Below are positions 29,486 to 43,305 of a stretch of 64,000 nt of DNA, piece by piece. A program made the position numbers and the translations under genes. Every line of letters begins with the position of its first letter. Position 1 is the stretch's first letter. The stretch comes from the human T2T-CHM13v2.0 reference genome, Homo sapiens. The DNA is taken from assembly GCF_009914755.1 (NCBI RefSeq), contig NC_060940.1, one strand, 5' to 3'. The notes beneath the pieces were generated by a model. That model was not told the origin of the DNA. It saw nothing but the letters and a program-made list of their open reading frames with translations, and did not search any database.

Positions 29486-29875
29486 TTTTTTTTATTACTC
29501 ATTTTTTTTTAAATTATACTTTAAGTTCTGGGAAACTTGTGCAGAACGTGCAGGTTTGTTACATAGTTATACATGTGCCATGGTGTTTTGCTGCACCCAT
29601 CAACCCGTCATCTACATCTCCATTAGGTATTTCTCCTAATGCTATCCCTCCCCTTGCCCCCCATCCCCTGACAGGCCCTGGTGTGTGATATTCCCCTCCC
29701 TGTGCCCATATGTTCTCATTGTTCTACTCTCACTTATTAGTGAGAACATGCTGTGTTTGGTTTTCTGTTCCTGGGTTAGTTTGCTGATAATGATGGTTTC
29801 CAGCTTCATCCATGTCCCTGCAAAGAACAAGAACTCATTCTTTTTTATGGTTGCATAGTATTCCATGGTGTATAT
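29486..29875 (-). mobile_element. L1PA (L1PA7-like) 3' fragment
   Basis: TTATACTTTAAGTTCTGGG...GCAGAACGTGCAGG; ORF 29642-29902 contains the ORF2 end (TWMKLETIIISKL). Confidence 0.9.
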
Positions 29876-30559
29876 TTTATAACCCAATCTTGGAAGTGAC
29901 ATCTCATCATCTTTACCATATTGTTTTGGATGGAAGGAGATCCCCAGTTCTGTTCACGCTTTCAGTGGGAGAGGATTGCAAAAGAGTGTGAGTACCAGAA
30001 GGTGGGATCATGGGGGCCACCTGTGAGTCCACCTGCCATAATCACTGTATGCTGTTGGGGACTCATGTGAAGTGGAGGAAAAACTAGAGGTCAACACTGG
30101 TTCATGCAAGGCATTCAAGTCCAGCATCTCTGAACTGCTGTGCAGCCTCCTCAAGTATCACCCCCTCCCTAAGGCTTTTCTGTCTTCTGTGAGCACAACA
30201 TGTCTACTGAGTCTTATGGCCATTGTGTCTGCTCCCGTCACTACCCAGAAAGTTCTTCTCTCAGCTCCACCTACAAATGGCTCCTTCTGTTTATATGTCA
30301 CCTCTTCTCAGAGACCACCTGAATACCGATTGAACACTTATTTACTAAGCTCCTACTATGTGTTAGGCACTGCCTGGGACCCTGAAACAAATCAGAGAAA
30401 ATTTCCAAAATATGGAATCTCAAGGAATTCTCTATTTAGTAGAAGAGAGAAATAAGTAACTAGCACTCAGTTCACCCTATAACAATTTACTATGGGAGAG
30501 GCAAGGGCAGGGTGCAGACGTAGTAAACTACAAACTCTCAGTGGGCTGGGAGAAATATA

Positions 30560-31030
30560 CTAATTGGCCCATAAGTTGAAGTCACACTCCTCAGTCTAGC
30601 ACAAAAACCGTTCACAACTGGTATCTCTTCAGCCCCCATGCTTCTCACCACATGATCCCATCCCAAAGAAAAAAAGTTGGGTGGGGAGTCTGTGTTGTGT
30701 TTGTCCATGCGTTTTCCCTTCCATGTGTTGTTTCCTCTGCTAAAAATCTCTCTTCTTGCCTGTCGAACTCTTCCACATTCTTACAAGGATCAAATCAAAC
30801 CCCTTTTTTAGAGACTTGCCCAAATCCCTAGAAATTTAAGTGGCTACACACACTTTGCTTCCACAACCCTAGACACATAACTTGAATAGCTTGTGCAACA
30901 TGTACTGTAATTGTGAATGTGACTCTTTTACTAAACGGTGAGCTCCTTGGCAGCAGAGTATTTCTTCATCACTGTCCCTACAGAGCAAGGCTGTCACTCA
31001 GGAGTTTCTCAGTAACACTGTGAAGAATGC
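30560..31030 (+). mobile_element. L2 LINE 3' fragment
   Basis: TTTTACTAAACGGTGAGCTCCTTGGCAGCAGAG...TCTCAGTAACACTGTGAAGAATGCAT. Confidence 0.5.
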
Positions 31031-31659
31031 ATAAGAAAAAACAATATAACACTCTTAAGCTATTCATCACTCAACTTGATCTTTTTTTTTCAGCTTGTGT
31101 AAACGCCCACTGAACTTCTGGCTGCCCAATTCTCAACAGGAATGTTTTCAATACCTGGCCATCCTATAGTTCGTGAGAAGTTCCAACATGCCCACCCAGA
31201 AATTAGAAACCTGAACAACCCCTGACTCTAGCACGGTCTTTGAACCCCAATCTGAATTGTATACATCTGTCTTCAAAAGAACTTAAGATCCAACATGAAA
31301 CTCATGGAGGAAAACATTGTCTTCACATTTAGAAGGTGGGGTTCTAAAGCGCGAATTTTTCTGTCTGGTCAGGATTGCTTTCTTATTTCTAGGACCCCCA
31401 GGTCAATTGATGCTTTCTCGCTTCATGTCTCTGTTCTTGAAAGAATTGCTTGACTGCCAAGGTTCCCTGTGATCTTTAAAGCACAAACTTACACTATGAT
31501 AATATCTTACATGTAATCTCCAGTGTATTTCAACGTAGTGAAGACATGTCTTTTCTCAGGCTGTAAAATAAACTTTAACATGTTTTAGGAGGTCTCACTC
31601 TACAATTATTTCTGCCATTTTAACCTAGTCCCTAATATTGATGGTGATAATGAAAATAG

Positions 31660-31820
31660 TGATAACAATAACTACCACTTTGAGCATTTATCATGTGCCA
31701 AAAACTATACTAGGTGCTTTCTGTACGGACATTTTTTTTTCCATTTTACTCTCTAAAGCCACCTGAGGTTGAGATTGCTAACACATTTTGCAAATGAGAA
31801 AATTTAGTCTCAAAGTATCT
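31660..31820 (-). mobile_element. MIR SINE
   Basis: TTGAGCATTTATCATGTGCCAAAAACTATACTAGGTGCTT...CATTTTGCAAATGAGAAAATT. Confidence 0.65.
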
Positions 31821-33368
31821 GAGGGCAGACAGAGAGATGTACCTTTCAGGGGAACTAGGAAGAGGCCTCAGTTCCTAGCTGACTGTTGGTTGGAGGTCAT
31901 CCTCAGTTATCCTACCCCAACCTGTCTCCTGACCTTCAATCCTTGGGAATAAAGCCTCTTGTTCCCCAACAAGAAATAAAATAAGTGCAGCTGAGGCTCC
32001 AGAATCAAGAGCTAATAATCACACAAAAATACAGTGACCAACAATTGCACCTTTTTTGAGGATAGGTTTCAATAAAAAAGGTTGGGGGAAGAATGAAAGA
32101 TGGGTAGGAAGTTGAATCAAGAACCCTAAATGACTAGAGAGGAAGGAAGGTATCACCTCTCTCTTATTAGAAAATTACCCAAATGATTAAGGCTAGTTGG
32201 ACTGAAGATAAAACCAGATCAATAATTGTGACAAATTCTCCTAGATTTGGGTCTTATTTATTCCTTCCTTTTTTCATTCAGCAAATAGGGTTGTATCTGT
32301 TCATCATACAGGATTAAATCAATGCCTAAACAAGTACCATTCAACATCTCATATAATTTTCAAGAAATAATGTTTCAACAAGTTACCAGTGACTCATTTT
32401 GTTTCTGAATTTGTGGCTAAAAAATCTGTTTCTTGTGTTATTCAATACAAGAAGAATGAGCACATGTAAACAATTCTTTCACAACTTTGCAGAGCCTCAG
32501 GTTAGACCCTATAGGCCTCTAATCCTCATGCCCTTTCTGTCTGTGTAACAGAGTCCACGTGAGCCCACCCCAGGATCTATGATCACTTCAGAGACACTGT
32601 AAAGGGGATTTCAGGAGCCTTCAGTTCAATACTTAATGATCTGACTCTACTCAAAGACCCTGCTTAGAAAACGAGATTTCAGGCTTATCCTGTGACCCTG
32701 CAACCAGCACCCAGTACTGTTCCAATAAAGGCCTGACATCCTTCAGGACTGCTGCTGTGCCCTCTGTTTTTCCTGCTCCCACTTCTGCAGTGGGTCCTCC
32801 CACCTGTTGCTGAGGCTCTCTGCTTCCCAGTGCCCGCTTATGTTTTTTGGCATTTCCTCCTCTTGTGAGAAAACCTGGTAATGTGAAATCTATCGTAACG
32901 TCCCCTGCTTTCACTGACAAGAGAACGGGGAAATACCCTGGCCTTAAAACTACTTTGTATGCTTTCCTTAAACAAAAGTAGACTTTCTTCTTGAAGGAGA
33001 GGGGGAAAAAACCTTCCAATTAATAAAAGTTTCGGAATAAGACTTCTAATATTATTCTAATATTGACATTCTAAATGGTCAATGAATAGTTGCCAGTACT
33101 GATCAGAAAGCCATAGAACAGATATTACTTGTGAGGCAGAAGAGACCAGGATTTTCTATAAGTCGCAAACTAATTAATTCCAATAAACGTTTGGACTAGG
33201 CAGACTGTCCTCATCAAGAAAGAACACAACCAGAATATACAGACTTTCATCCTCAATGCTGCAGTTTTAATCTGTAAGATTTAGGTCATCTGAAATACGA
33301 CGTCCAATATAGAGATAGATGATAGATTGATAGATAGAGGAATGGATTGGGTGAACAGACAAGATAAG

Positions 33369-33402
<34 letters not shown>

Positions 33403-33690
33403 TTTTTTTTGAGACAGTCTCACCCTGTCACTCAGGCTGAGTGCAGTGGCACAATCTCGGCTCACTGCAACCTCCGCCACCAGGGTTCAAGTGATTATTC
33501 TGCCTCAGGCTCCCGAGTAGCTCAAATTTCAGGCACATACCACCACATCCAGCTAAGTTTTGTATTTTTAGCAGAGATGGAGTTTCACCATGCTGGCCAT
33601 GTTATTTCTTGAACTCCTGATGTTAGGTGATCTGCCTGCTTCGGCCTCCCAAAGTGCCAGGATTACAGGCGTGAGCTGCTGTGCCCAGCC
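33369..33690 (-). mobile_element. AluS with (ATC)n tail
   Basis: Alu consensus; about 10 GAT units at 33369-33399; degenerate GATA repeat at ~33310-33337. Confidence 0.93.
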
Positions 33691-34689
33691 TAATTTTGTT
33701 TTAATGAACAGATTTTTTCTTTCTCCATCACTACCAGCATTCAAAAATCATCATAAAAAGGGATCTTACAGTACAGAACAGCTACATCTCAGAAAAAGAG
33801 ATTTTGACATGAGGAGCTGCCTCATTCTTTCCACATGCAGCCACCAGCCAGCAGGGCAATCAGGAATCTGGGGAAAGAGATGTTATACTCCAGGGGCAGG
33901 TCCACTCCTCATTGGAATGTGGGTAGAATCAAAGCCCTGATCTTTAGCAGCCCTCTAACCCTTCTGGACTATGGATCCCTCCAGGAGCCAAGGACTTTGT
34001 TTGTTTTCCCTGCCTGAGAAGTCCAAAACAATAAAAATTAGCAAAGCAGAAGTGAGGCCACCAGGAGGAATTCAGCTACCCAACTTCTTTGAGCCACACG
34101 TGGAGGAAGAAGTTGGACTCCATGCCCCCAAATGCTCATTTGGCATAGAGGAAGACAAAGACTTGCTGAGAAGGAAGGTGGAGGAGGTACTGATGGTGAT
34201 CATGGTTTGCCTAAACAGTAAAGGCAGCAGCCAAGGAAGAAAATCTGAGACTAGGTCTTGGGGAGGCAAAGGTGATGCAGGAAGTCGTCCAGGGAGAAGC
34301 AGGGTGGAGTGTGGAAAGCGTCTTGCATTACATTAACAGAAGCCAGAATGGAAAACACAAGGAATATGCACAGGTCATAAGATACGAGCTCTATCTGAAA
34401 GTCAAAAAATTTGCCTGACTTCAGGTCGAGGAGAAGTTGGCCTGTTCATAAACCACCCACTGGGCTGAGATACAACTCTTCCTTCTCAAGAAGCTCAGAG
34501 GGAAGCTTGGGGAAATCAAGCTTCTATTTGTGCAACTTTGATCAAAATATGTCACTCATCCTCTGCTGGCCTCTATCCTGGTACCTTCTATGCAGAGACA
34601 AAGGCACTCAAAATAATGTTTATGCTCCTCTTCTGACGGAGCCATGGCAAGAACACAATCACATGCCATAGCAGATTAGAAAATGTAGG

Positions 34690-34900
34690 TGTTATTCTTT
34701 TTAAGTGTCTGTAATATGCCAAACTTATCTTCATCCTCTGAGATAGGCATTCTTACCTCCATTTCGCAGACTAAAAAAAATTGAGGTGCAGAGATAGTAA
34801 GTCACTTGCCCATGGTTTCATAATGAAGCAGAAGCAGACCAAAGGTTTAGTGTCAGCAAACCCAGCTACACCCAGTTCCAAACTCTATATTTTTTCCACC
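34690..34900 (-). mobile_element. MIR SINE
   Basis: CTCCATTTCGCAGACT...ATTGAGGTGCAGAGATAGTAAGTCACTTGCCCATGG. Confidence 0.7.
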
Positions 34901-34959
34901 ATAGATTTTAAGGCTATGTAACAAACAGGCTTGGAAGGTAGAAATATTATCTCCCTCTG

Positions 34960-35237
34960 GAGCCATAGGCAGGCATGGTTGCTGTCCCATAGTAAAGATT
35001 CAGGTTCTCCCAGCCTGGGGTTCCCCATTTGTGACTCTCCCTACAGTTATGCGTTGTCCTGTAGGAGACAGGTGAGGACAGCTGACACAAATGTGAAGTG
35101 CAGGCTACTTGCTGTACTGGGATTAATAAAGCCCTTTGTCACTGACCCAGGAGTCTCACATCTTCTGCCAACATCCATAAAAGCTTGGGAGACTCACTTG
35201 TTAGCTGGCAAGTCGGGTAAAATCTCAGACCCCACCA
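34960..35237 (+). mobile_element. ERVL LTR of the MER54/MER74 group
   Basis: Characteristic 3' end AATAAAGCCCTTTGTCACTGACCCAGGAGTCTC...TTGTTAGCTGGCAAGTCGGGTAAAATCTCAGACCC. Confidence 0.75.
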
Positions 35238-36344
35238 GAGGAAGCTTCCTGGATAAGCTGGAAATGGGCAGAGAGATCCAAATGAATATCTTCCTATGTA
35301 TCTTCTGGCCCTAGAACAAAGTCTACATGCCCTCCTGTGGCACACGAGAGAGTTCTCGGGCACCATGCACATCCTTAGGCGATGAAACCTAGGAAATGTC
35401 TTGGATAGGTAGCAAGTCATTCTCACCAGGTCCTGGTCCTGAATCAACACCATCATTCCCTGGGCCACCATGTATCTATACAATGAGGGCACCGAGCTAG
35501 AGTAATAACATCTGACTTAAGAATGACACACTTCTGAGAGTCTTATGTATTATTTCATTGCATATCAACAATAACTCTACAAATAAGGAATTATTGCTCT
35601 CAGAAAGGGAACCAGCTCATCCAGGTTACAGAGCTGGGGTACATGTCTATCCAAATCCTTGCTCATCATCACCATCCCCGCGAGATTCCATCTTCCTCCT
35701 GCCACTCAGAAATTCATCACTATCCTTGGAATATATTTCCTTTTGATTATTTAAAACATTTTTTTAGATAGAGAACTTTGTGCTAGTAAGAAAAGGTAAT
35801 TGCCACTCAGGGTGAAAATAAAAAATTTAAAAAAAAACCAACACCCTTGTTTGGTTAATGAGGAACACTTGTTCAAGCAAAGAACCACTCTGGGGCAAAT
35901 TAAACTTTATTTTTTTCTCTAATCATCTGAAGTCCATGTTGGGGTAATCCAAACCTCCCCACAGAGAGAGTGCAGTCTGCATAACCCCATTTTTTTTCTT
36001 TTTTGCAATTACAGGAGCTATGAGGACCTGGGAGTGACCCAGGTCCCTCATTCTTTTGGAACGAAGGAAGACAAGACGCCCATAAGTTTAGGAAGTGAGA
36101 ATGCCTTTTGCTCAGCCAAGAGATATAACCAGTTCCTCAGTTCGTGCTGCAGTCAGGATGGAGGCCAGGCTGTAAATATGAGCCTGTCCATTCTTATGTA
36201 GCTGCTAGGACACTGGGACTGTCAATTTCCAAGGTATCTTGCCCTCTGACAAAGTCCATTTCAGGGAGGAATCTCTATGGACCCCTTTTGGGAGGGCAGA
36301 TAGATTGTGATCAATTGAGAGAGATGTTATAACTAATGAGTGAC

Positions 36345-36800
36345 TGTATTACTTTTCTAGGACTGCCCTAACAACTACAACAAACTGGCTGGCTTTAAAC
36401 ACAGAAGTATATTCCCTCACATTTCTAGAGGCTAAAAGTCTAAAGTCTAAGGTGCTGGCAGAACCATCCTCTCTCTCCTAGCATCTCTTAGCAAGGAACA
36501 CCAAAGGAAATCTTGCAGCTGCATAATTCCAGTCTCCGCCTCCTTCATCACATGGCTGTCTTCCCCGTATGTCCCTGTCTTCACGTGGCATTCTCTTCTC
36601 TGTGTGTGTCTATCAGATAGACACACAGATGTATTTCCTCTCTTTATATCAGGACGTAAGTCATATTGGATTCAGGGCCCACCCTACTCCAGTATGACCT
36701 CATCTTAACTTACATCTCAACTACACCTGCAAAGACCCTATTTCCAAATAAGTTCACATTCAGAAGTGCCAGGGGTTAGGGTTTGAGTACTACTCGAACA
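36345..36800 (-). mobile_element. MLT1C-type solo LTR
   Basis: TGTATTACTTTTCTAGGACTGCC...GTCATATTGGATTCAGGGCCCACCCTACTCCAGTATGACCTCATCTTAAC. Confidence 0.88.
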
Positions 36801-36887
36801 ACATCAGTTATTATTAATAAAGTGTCCAAGTTTATCTATTTCTTTCATGTAGTTGTCTTTCATCTATTACAATTAAAAAAAAACAGA

Positions 36888-37640
<753 letters not shown>

Positions 37641-37783
37641 ATATTTTTCATAAATCAAAAAAATTGGGATGTGCGTACAGCCAGCAGTCTAGAATGACTC
37701 TTAACATCAGCAGGTCCTGGTGCAGGCAGGACATTTCTTTTACTGTATGTTAGTATTTTCTCTTGGTTAAGAATGTGGGCTTT

Positions 37784-38193
<410 letters not shown>

Positions 38194-38940
38194 CTATTAA
38201 CAAATATTTGTTGAAGTCTTATTGAGCGCCATGATAAACTAAGGCATATAAAGTGCTTAGCAAAGGCTTTGGCATGTGAGAGGTGTTAGAAAAGTGGGAT
38301 TTTGCTTAACTGAATACCTCATATGTGAAAGCAGAGCTAATTCAATGGAATACCTAATAGGCAAAACCAGAGCCTTGGAAGGGACCAAGTGTCCTTAGTG
38401 TCCTTTCTCGCTCAGGGAGTCTCCTGCTGCTTCATTGTGAGCAGTAACATTTCTACTCAGGAGCAGGAAGAAGGGTGGTGACAGGTGTAAGTGGGAAAAT
38501 AACCTGAGGGATACTACCCGTGTGAAGCACCATTTGTCACCATTCTGTTGAGTAGTAGGGGTGGGAAGGTTGGCATTATGAACTTGAGAGGTAACAATTC
38601 TATCAGCCAGAAGTGAATGCTGGGAAGGTAGAAAGGGGAGGCAAAATAGCACAGGCTCTGCAGTCAACCCCTTGGGTTAAAAAAAGAAAAGTTTCTGCTA
38701 CTTACATGCAGAGGATGAACAAACAACCACATTCCAAGAGGTTTCTTTGGAGGATAACATTGTATACCCAGGAGGTGCCACATCCTTCAACAAAATATCA
38801 TACTACATGGCTTCACATAATCCTGACTCATTTCTTTGAGGCAGTCTTTAATATTCCCATTTTATAGATGTAAAAAATATATCTTGGGAGATCAGCTCCA
38901 TTTCCCAAAGACAACCAGCTCCTAAGTGGAGCGAGGGTTG

Positions 38941-39288
38941 TGATATGGTTTGGATTTGTGTCCCCACCCAAATCTCGTGTCAAACTGGAAGAGGGACCTG
39001 GTGGGAGGTGACTGGATCATAGGGGCTGATTTCCCCCTTGCTGCTCTCATAGTAGTGAATTTTCACAAGATCTGATAGTTTAAAAGTCCGTGGCACTTCC
39101 TCCTAGTGTGCTCTCTCTCTCCTGCTGCCATGTGAAGAAGGTGCTTGCTTCCCCTTCCCCTTCTGCCATGATTGTAAGTTTCCTGAGGCCTCCCAGTCAT
39201 GCTTCCTGTAGAACTGTGAGTCAATTAAACCTCTATTCGTCATAAATTACTCCATCTAAGGTAGTTATTTATAGCAGTGTGAGAACTC
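38941..39288 (+). mobile_element. THE1D/MSTA-type solo LTR
   Basis: TGATATGGTTTGGATTTGTGTCCCCACCCAAATCTC...GAACTGTGAGTCAATTAAACCTCT. Confidence 0.9.
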
Positions 39289-39592
39289 ATCTTGGGTGTG
39301 ACCTCTGCATTCTTTCTGCTCCCAACCCTCCATATTCCTCCCATTTCTAAGATTTGTGGTTGTGAAGTTATTGAAGCATGGGCAGGTCAAAGTTCTAAGT
39401 GGGTTGTTCAGGGCATAAATGTCTATGTGGCCATTTCTATCACTTTGTATAGGGAATTGAGTTATATGAGTATGCTCGCACAAGGCTTTTCTGAAATGCC
39501 ACTAGCCTCTTACATGACTCCATATCATCAAAACCACATTAATGGAATACTTTAAGATGAAAAAGGGAAACTTTGAAGCAAAAATACTAGAC

Positions 39593-39817
39593 CAGGTTTG
39601 TTCACCTCAGCATTATCAAAATTTGGGGCTGGCTATTTCTTTCCTGTAGGAATGCCCTGTACATAGTAGCATGTTTAGTGGCACCACTGGCCTCAACCCA
39701 CATACTAATAGCACCCCATCACCCAGTTGGTAACAATGAAAAGTGTCTGCAGATATTTCCACAGTTCCCTTGGAGAGGGGTGGTAAAAAAAAAAAACCAC
39801 CCAGTTGTGACACAATA
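39593..39817 (-). mobile_element. MER20 hAT-Charlie MITE
   Basis: Reverse MER20: TAGCACCCC...CCAGTTGGTAACAATGAAAAGTGTCTGCAGATATTTCC. Confidence 0.8.
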
Positions 39818-39849
39818 AGCTAAACAAACGTAAACTCAAAGTCTTAGTC

Positions 39850-40330
39850 TGCAACTTTTGTAGCCTTGAGACAGTTGCACACTCTTCATGAGACTGTTTC
39901 CTTAGGTATAGAATGAAGATGGCAGTTTCTATCTTGCAAGATAACTGTGAGAATTAATGAGACGATGTATATAAAGCTCATCATTTGCAGGCCTTCAGTA
40001 GGTGCTCAAAAAGTGGAACTTATTTTTGTGACACCTTTGATTAGCTTTCATAATGTCCATATTTGAGGACTGTGTTTTCTTTATCTCTGTCAAGAGCAAG
40101 TTGCTGTCTTTAACATTGCTGCTTCCCCTTCCATGTAAATAGGTATTCAATATTTATGAATAACATCTATCAGGTATGTTTTGCCCGTTATCTCCTTTCA
40201 AACTTTACAGCAGTCCTACAAATAAGGTGGCACTGTCATCATTTTAAAAATGAGAAAGCAGATTTAGAGACATTAAGTAATGTCCCAAAGATCACACAGC
40301 TAGAAAGCAGCATTCAAACTCTGACTCAAC
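39850..40330. mobile_element. Two MIR fragments in opposite orientation
   Basis: + copy at ~39850-40015; - copy at ~40170-40330 (TGAGAAAGCAGATTTAGAGACATTAAGTAATGTCCCAAAGATCACACAGCTAG). Confidence 0.6.
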
Positions 40331-40545
40331 ATCCCAAGATATTTTCTAGACTCTTATCTTTCTTCTGCATGTATCCAACAGGTTCTTTCTGAAAACAGAT
40401 TCTCTTTCATTCGGTTTACGAGGAAAAATAATCAATTGCCTTAAGAGTTATGAATACATTTTATAAAGGGGTAAAACCAAGGGGCTATCAAAGCACAGAG
40501 GAGGAATATTTATCCCCATCTGGAAGATTCTAAAAAGCTTGCCAT

Positions 40546-40845
40546 GGCTGGGGGCGCACATGGCTGGGGGTGCAATGGCTCACGCCTGTAATCCCAGCAC
40601 TTTGGGAGGCCAAGGTGGTGGATCACTTGTGGTCAGGAGTTCAAGACCAGCCTGACCAACATGGTGAAACGCCATCTCTACTAAAAATACAAAAATTAGC
40701 CAGGCGTGGTGGCGTACACCTGTAATTCCAGGTATTTGGGAGACTGGGGCAGGAGAGTCACTTGAAGTTGGGAGGTGGAGGTTGCAGTGAGCCAAGATTA
40801 CGCACCACTGCACTCCGCCCTGCGTAACAGAGCGAGACCCTGTCT
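40546..40845 (+). mobile_element. AluS
   Basis: Alu consensus; 16-bp duplication at the 5' junction; short TSD GCTTGC(C/T)A. Confidence 0.95.
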
Positions 40846-41001
40846 GGAAAGAAAGGGAAGGGAAGGGGAGGGGAGGGGAGGGGAGGAGAGGGGAAGGGAG
40901 GGAAGGGTAGGGAGAAAAGAAAGAAAGAAGGAGGGAGAGAGAGAGTCAGAGGGGGGGGAGGAAGGAAGGATGGAAGGACGGACAGGCGGGCAGGCAGGCA
41001 G
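40846..41001. repeat. Compound polypurine repeat (GGGAA/GGGGA/GAAA/GA/GGAA/GGCA)
   Basis: Read directly; lies between the Alu body and its 3' TSD. Confidence 0.9.
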
Positions 41002-42219
41002 GCTTGCTAGCAGAAAAGATGCAAAGAGAATCATAAAGAACAACATGGACGTAGCCAAGAGTATCCAGAAGACAAGATGTTCCAGACGGTGGTAACACAG
41101 GCATGAAATCCTAGCACTGAGAAAGAACACAGTAGGAGTAGTTCAAAGAGGACAAAGCTGTGAGGGTAAGGAGAGGAGGAATGAGAGGTGAGAGGGGAGG
41201 TCAGCCAGGACCAGCCAGCCAAGGGGTGCCTGTCGCAGTGCTCAGAGCTCATCCCTTGCTTCAAGGGGCTTAGATGTTCCAACTCTCTCCTATGACCTAC
41301 TTTGCACATCTACCCCTAGAATTACTCTCCAGTGCTTTGTTGGGATATAAAGGACTCTGTTTCTTTGTGAAGATTGCAGCTGTAGAGTTGACATTTCACA
41401 CTTTGGCAAGTGGAAATGCTCTCATGGTAGCATTGATCCCTGTGTTTAGCACATCCTTTGGCAAAGGACCTAATGAAGAGAAATTAACAAGTGAGCAGCA
41501 TTTTATAGAGGACTCAGAACAAGCCACATGCCACCAGGTTCTTTCCAGAACCCTGCATGAAAACAGACACCCAGCTCAGCCAACACAGCAGAGGCCAGGG
41601 CTCCTGACAGGCTGAGCAGGGACGGAAAATGGGCATGCAGTCTGGGAGGCAGGGGCAACGCTACTAGGATGACTCAAAGCCTGGATTTATGAGGCCAGAT
41701 CTCTGCTGATCTTGGCACGCCCTCAGAGGCCATCACTTCCCGAGCAGGACGGCTCCTCCACGGTACCTCCCGCACATTACAGTTTCTCATCATGACCAGC
41801 AGGCAGGCAGGCTGCCCTTTCCCTCACATTTTAAACATTTCAAATAAGAAATGTTCATTACATTTCAGACTTGAGAAATCAAAATGATCCAGTCTGGCCG
41901 TTCTGTTATAAAATGTGTATATAGAATGGCCACTGCGTTGAAGGGAAGACTTGTGGAGTTTTTCCTCCAACCCCTAGTGCTTTGTTCACTGTGGGTATTT
42001 GGCAAACAGTGGGAGAAAGGAAGTGAAATTGTATTCCCTACAGTAGCATAAAAAATGTTGTGTCTATCCCTTTTGTTCGCAGCTCCAATCACCACGGATA
42101 AAAATATCAGGTGTCCAAAATACCTGTGGATTCATTATTAACCATGTAGAGGGCAAGTTGGGAAAAAGGTTGTCCTAGGGAAGGAGATAATAACACACCT
42201 GGAAGTCAAGCCCATACGA

Positions 42220-42363
42220 CAAACATACACACACACAGAGACACACACACAAACACACACTTACAGACTCACACAGAGACACACACAGAAACACACCCAT
42301 ACACACACAGACATGCACACACAGATGCACACAGATACACACACACATAGACACACACACACA
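42220..42363. repeat. Interrupted (CA)n-rich repeat
   Basis: About 140 bp of CA units interrupted by GA/TA. Confidence 0.9.
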
Positions 42364-43036
42364 AGTTATATATTACTCAAGTATAAGGTTTTTAAGTTAC
42401 CACAAAGATAACAAATCATTTGTAATATAGTAATGCCCTTGAAACACTCCCTTAACAAAGAAGAGAAGCAGGGGTAGGAATGGTTTTGTCATGCATCCCT
42501 GGGGTGGTATCAGGGAGGCGGAGGGCTTGGAACTGACATGTCACTGGCTGTTAGGGACAAAGGTGCTGTGATAACAGGGAGGTCAGAAGGTTCTACTAGA
42601 ATCCTCTCTTCTCTTTCAAGAAATGAATTTGAGTATTAGGAAAGCTAAATAAACTCAGATCCTTAAAGAAGGGCTAAAGAAGCTGTTAATTTACACAGCA
42701 TTTCTCTGCCTTCTCCCTAGTTAGGCCAAGCTATGCATATCAATAAATGGTTAACTTCTTTTCCCTTGAGAAATATTTGAGTTGTTCTGTGCCTCCTGAT
42801 CCATAACCATACTGACAGATGAGAAGTAGCTGTGAAATTGAGTAATTTTATACTGATTTGATTTAATGCAGGAATTAAGAAATACTCGGATATCATATGC
42901 TAATACCCAAGTATTTATATTAAGATGCAACATCAGCCTTCCTCCTCAAGTTCTAAGGCCAAAGTATTTGACCTAGACTTTGCACTTAAATCCACAAAGA
43001 AAAACAGGAAATTCAATGGCATTCCCTGAGTTCACC

Positions 43037-43305
43037 TTTTTTTTAAATTTATTTTATTTTAAGTTCCGGGATACATACGCAGGACGTGCATGTTTGTTGC
43101 CTAGGTATACAGATGCCATGGTGGTTTGCTGCACCCATCAATCTGATCTAGGTTTCAAGCCCTGCATGCATTAGCTATTTGCCCTGATGCTCTCCCTCCC
43201 CACCTCCCTGACAGGCCCCAGTGTGCGTTGTCCCCTCCCCCGTGTCCATGTGTTCTCATTGTTTGACTCCCACTTATGAGTGACAACATGCAGCATTTGG
43301 TTTTC
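43037..43305 (-). mobile_element. L1PA (L1PA8-like) 3'UTR fragment
   Basis: TTTTAAGTTCCGGGATACA...AAGCCCTGCATGCATTAGCTATTTG; short TSD ACCTTT. Confidence 0.88.

Noticed and set aside
31094-31335. Strong acceptor CTTTTTTTTTCAG with possible donors
   Set aside because: Stops in all three frames, weak donors and no independent support
36020-36051. Iron-responsive element or pre-miRNA
   Set aside because: The loop is not CAGUGN, the bulged C is on the wrong arm, and the stem is too short for a pre-miRNA
40775-41130. Arg/Gly/Glu-rich and Pro/Ser-rich ORFs
   Set aside because: Translation of the Alu end and the polypurine repeat
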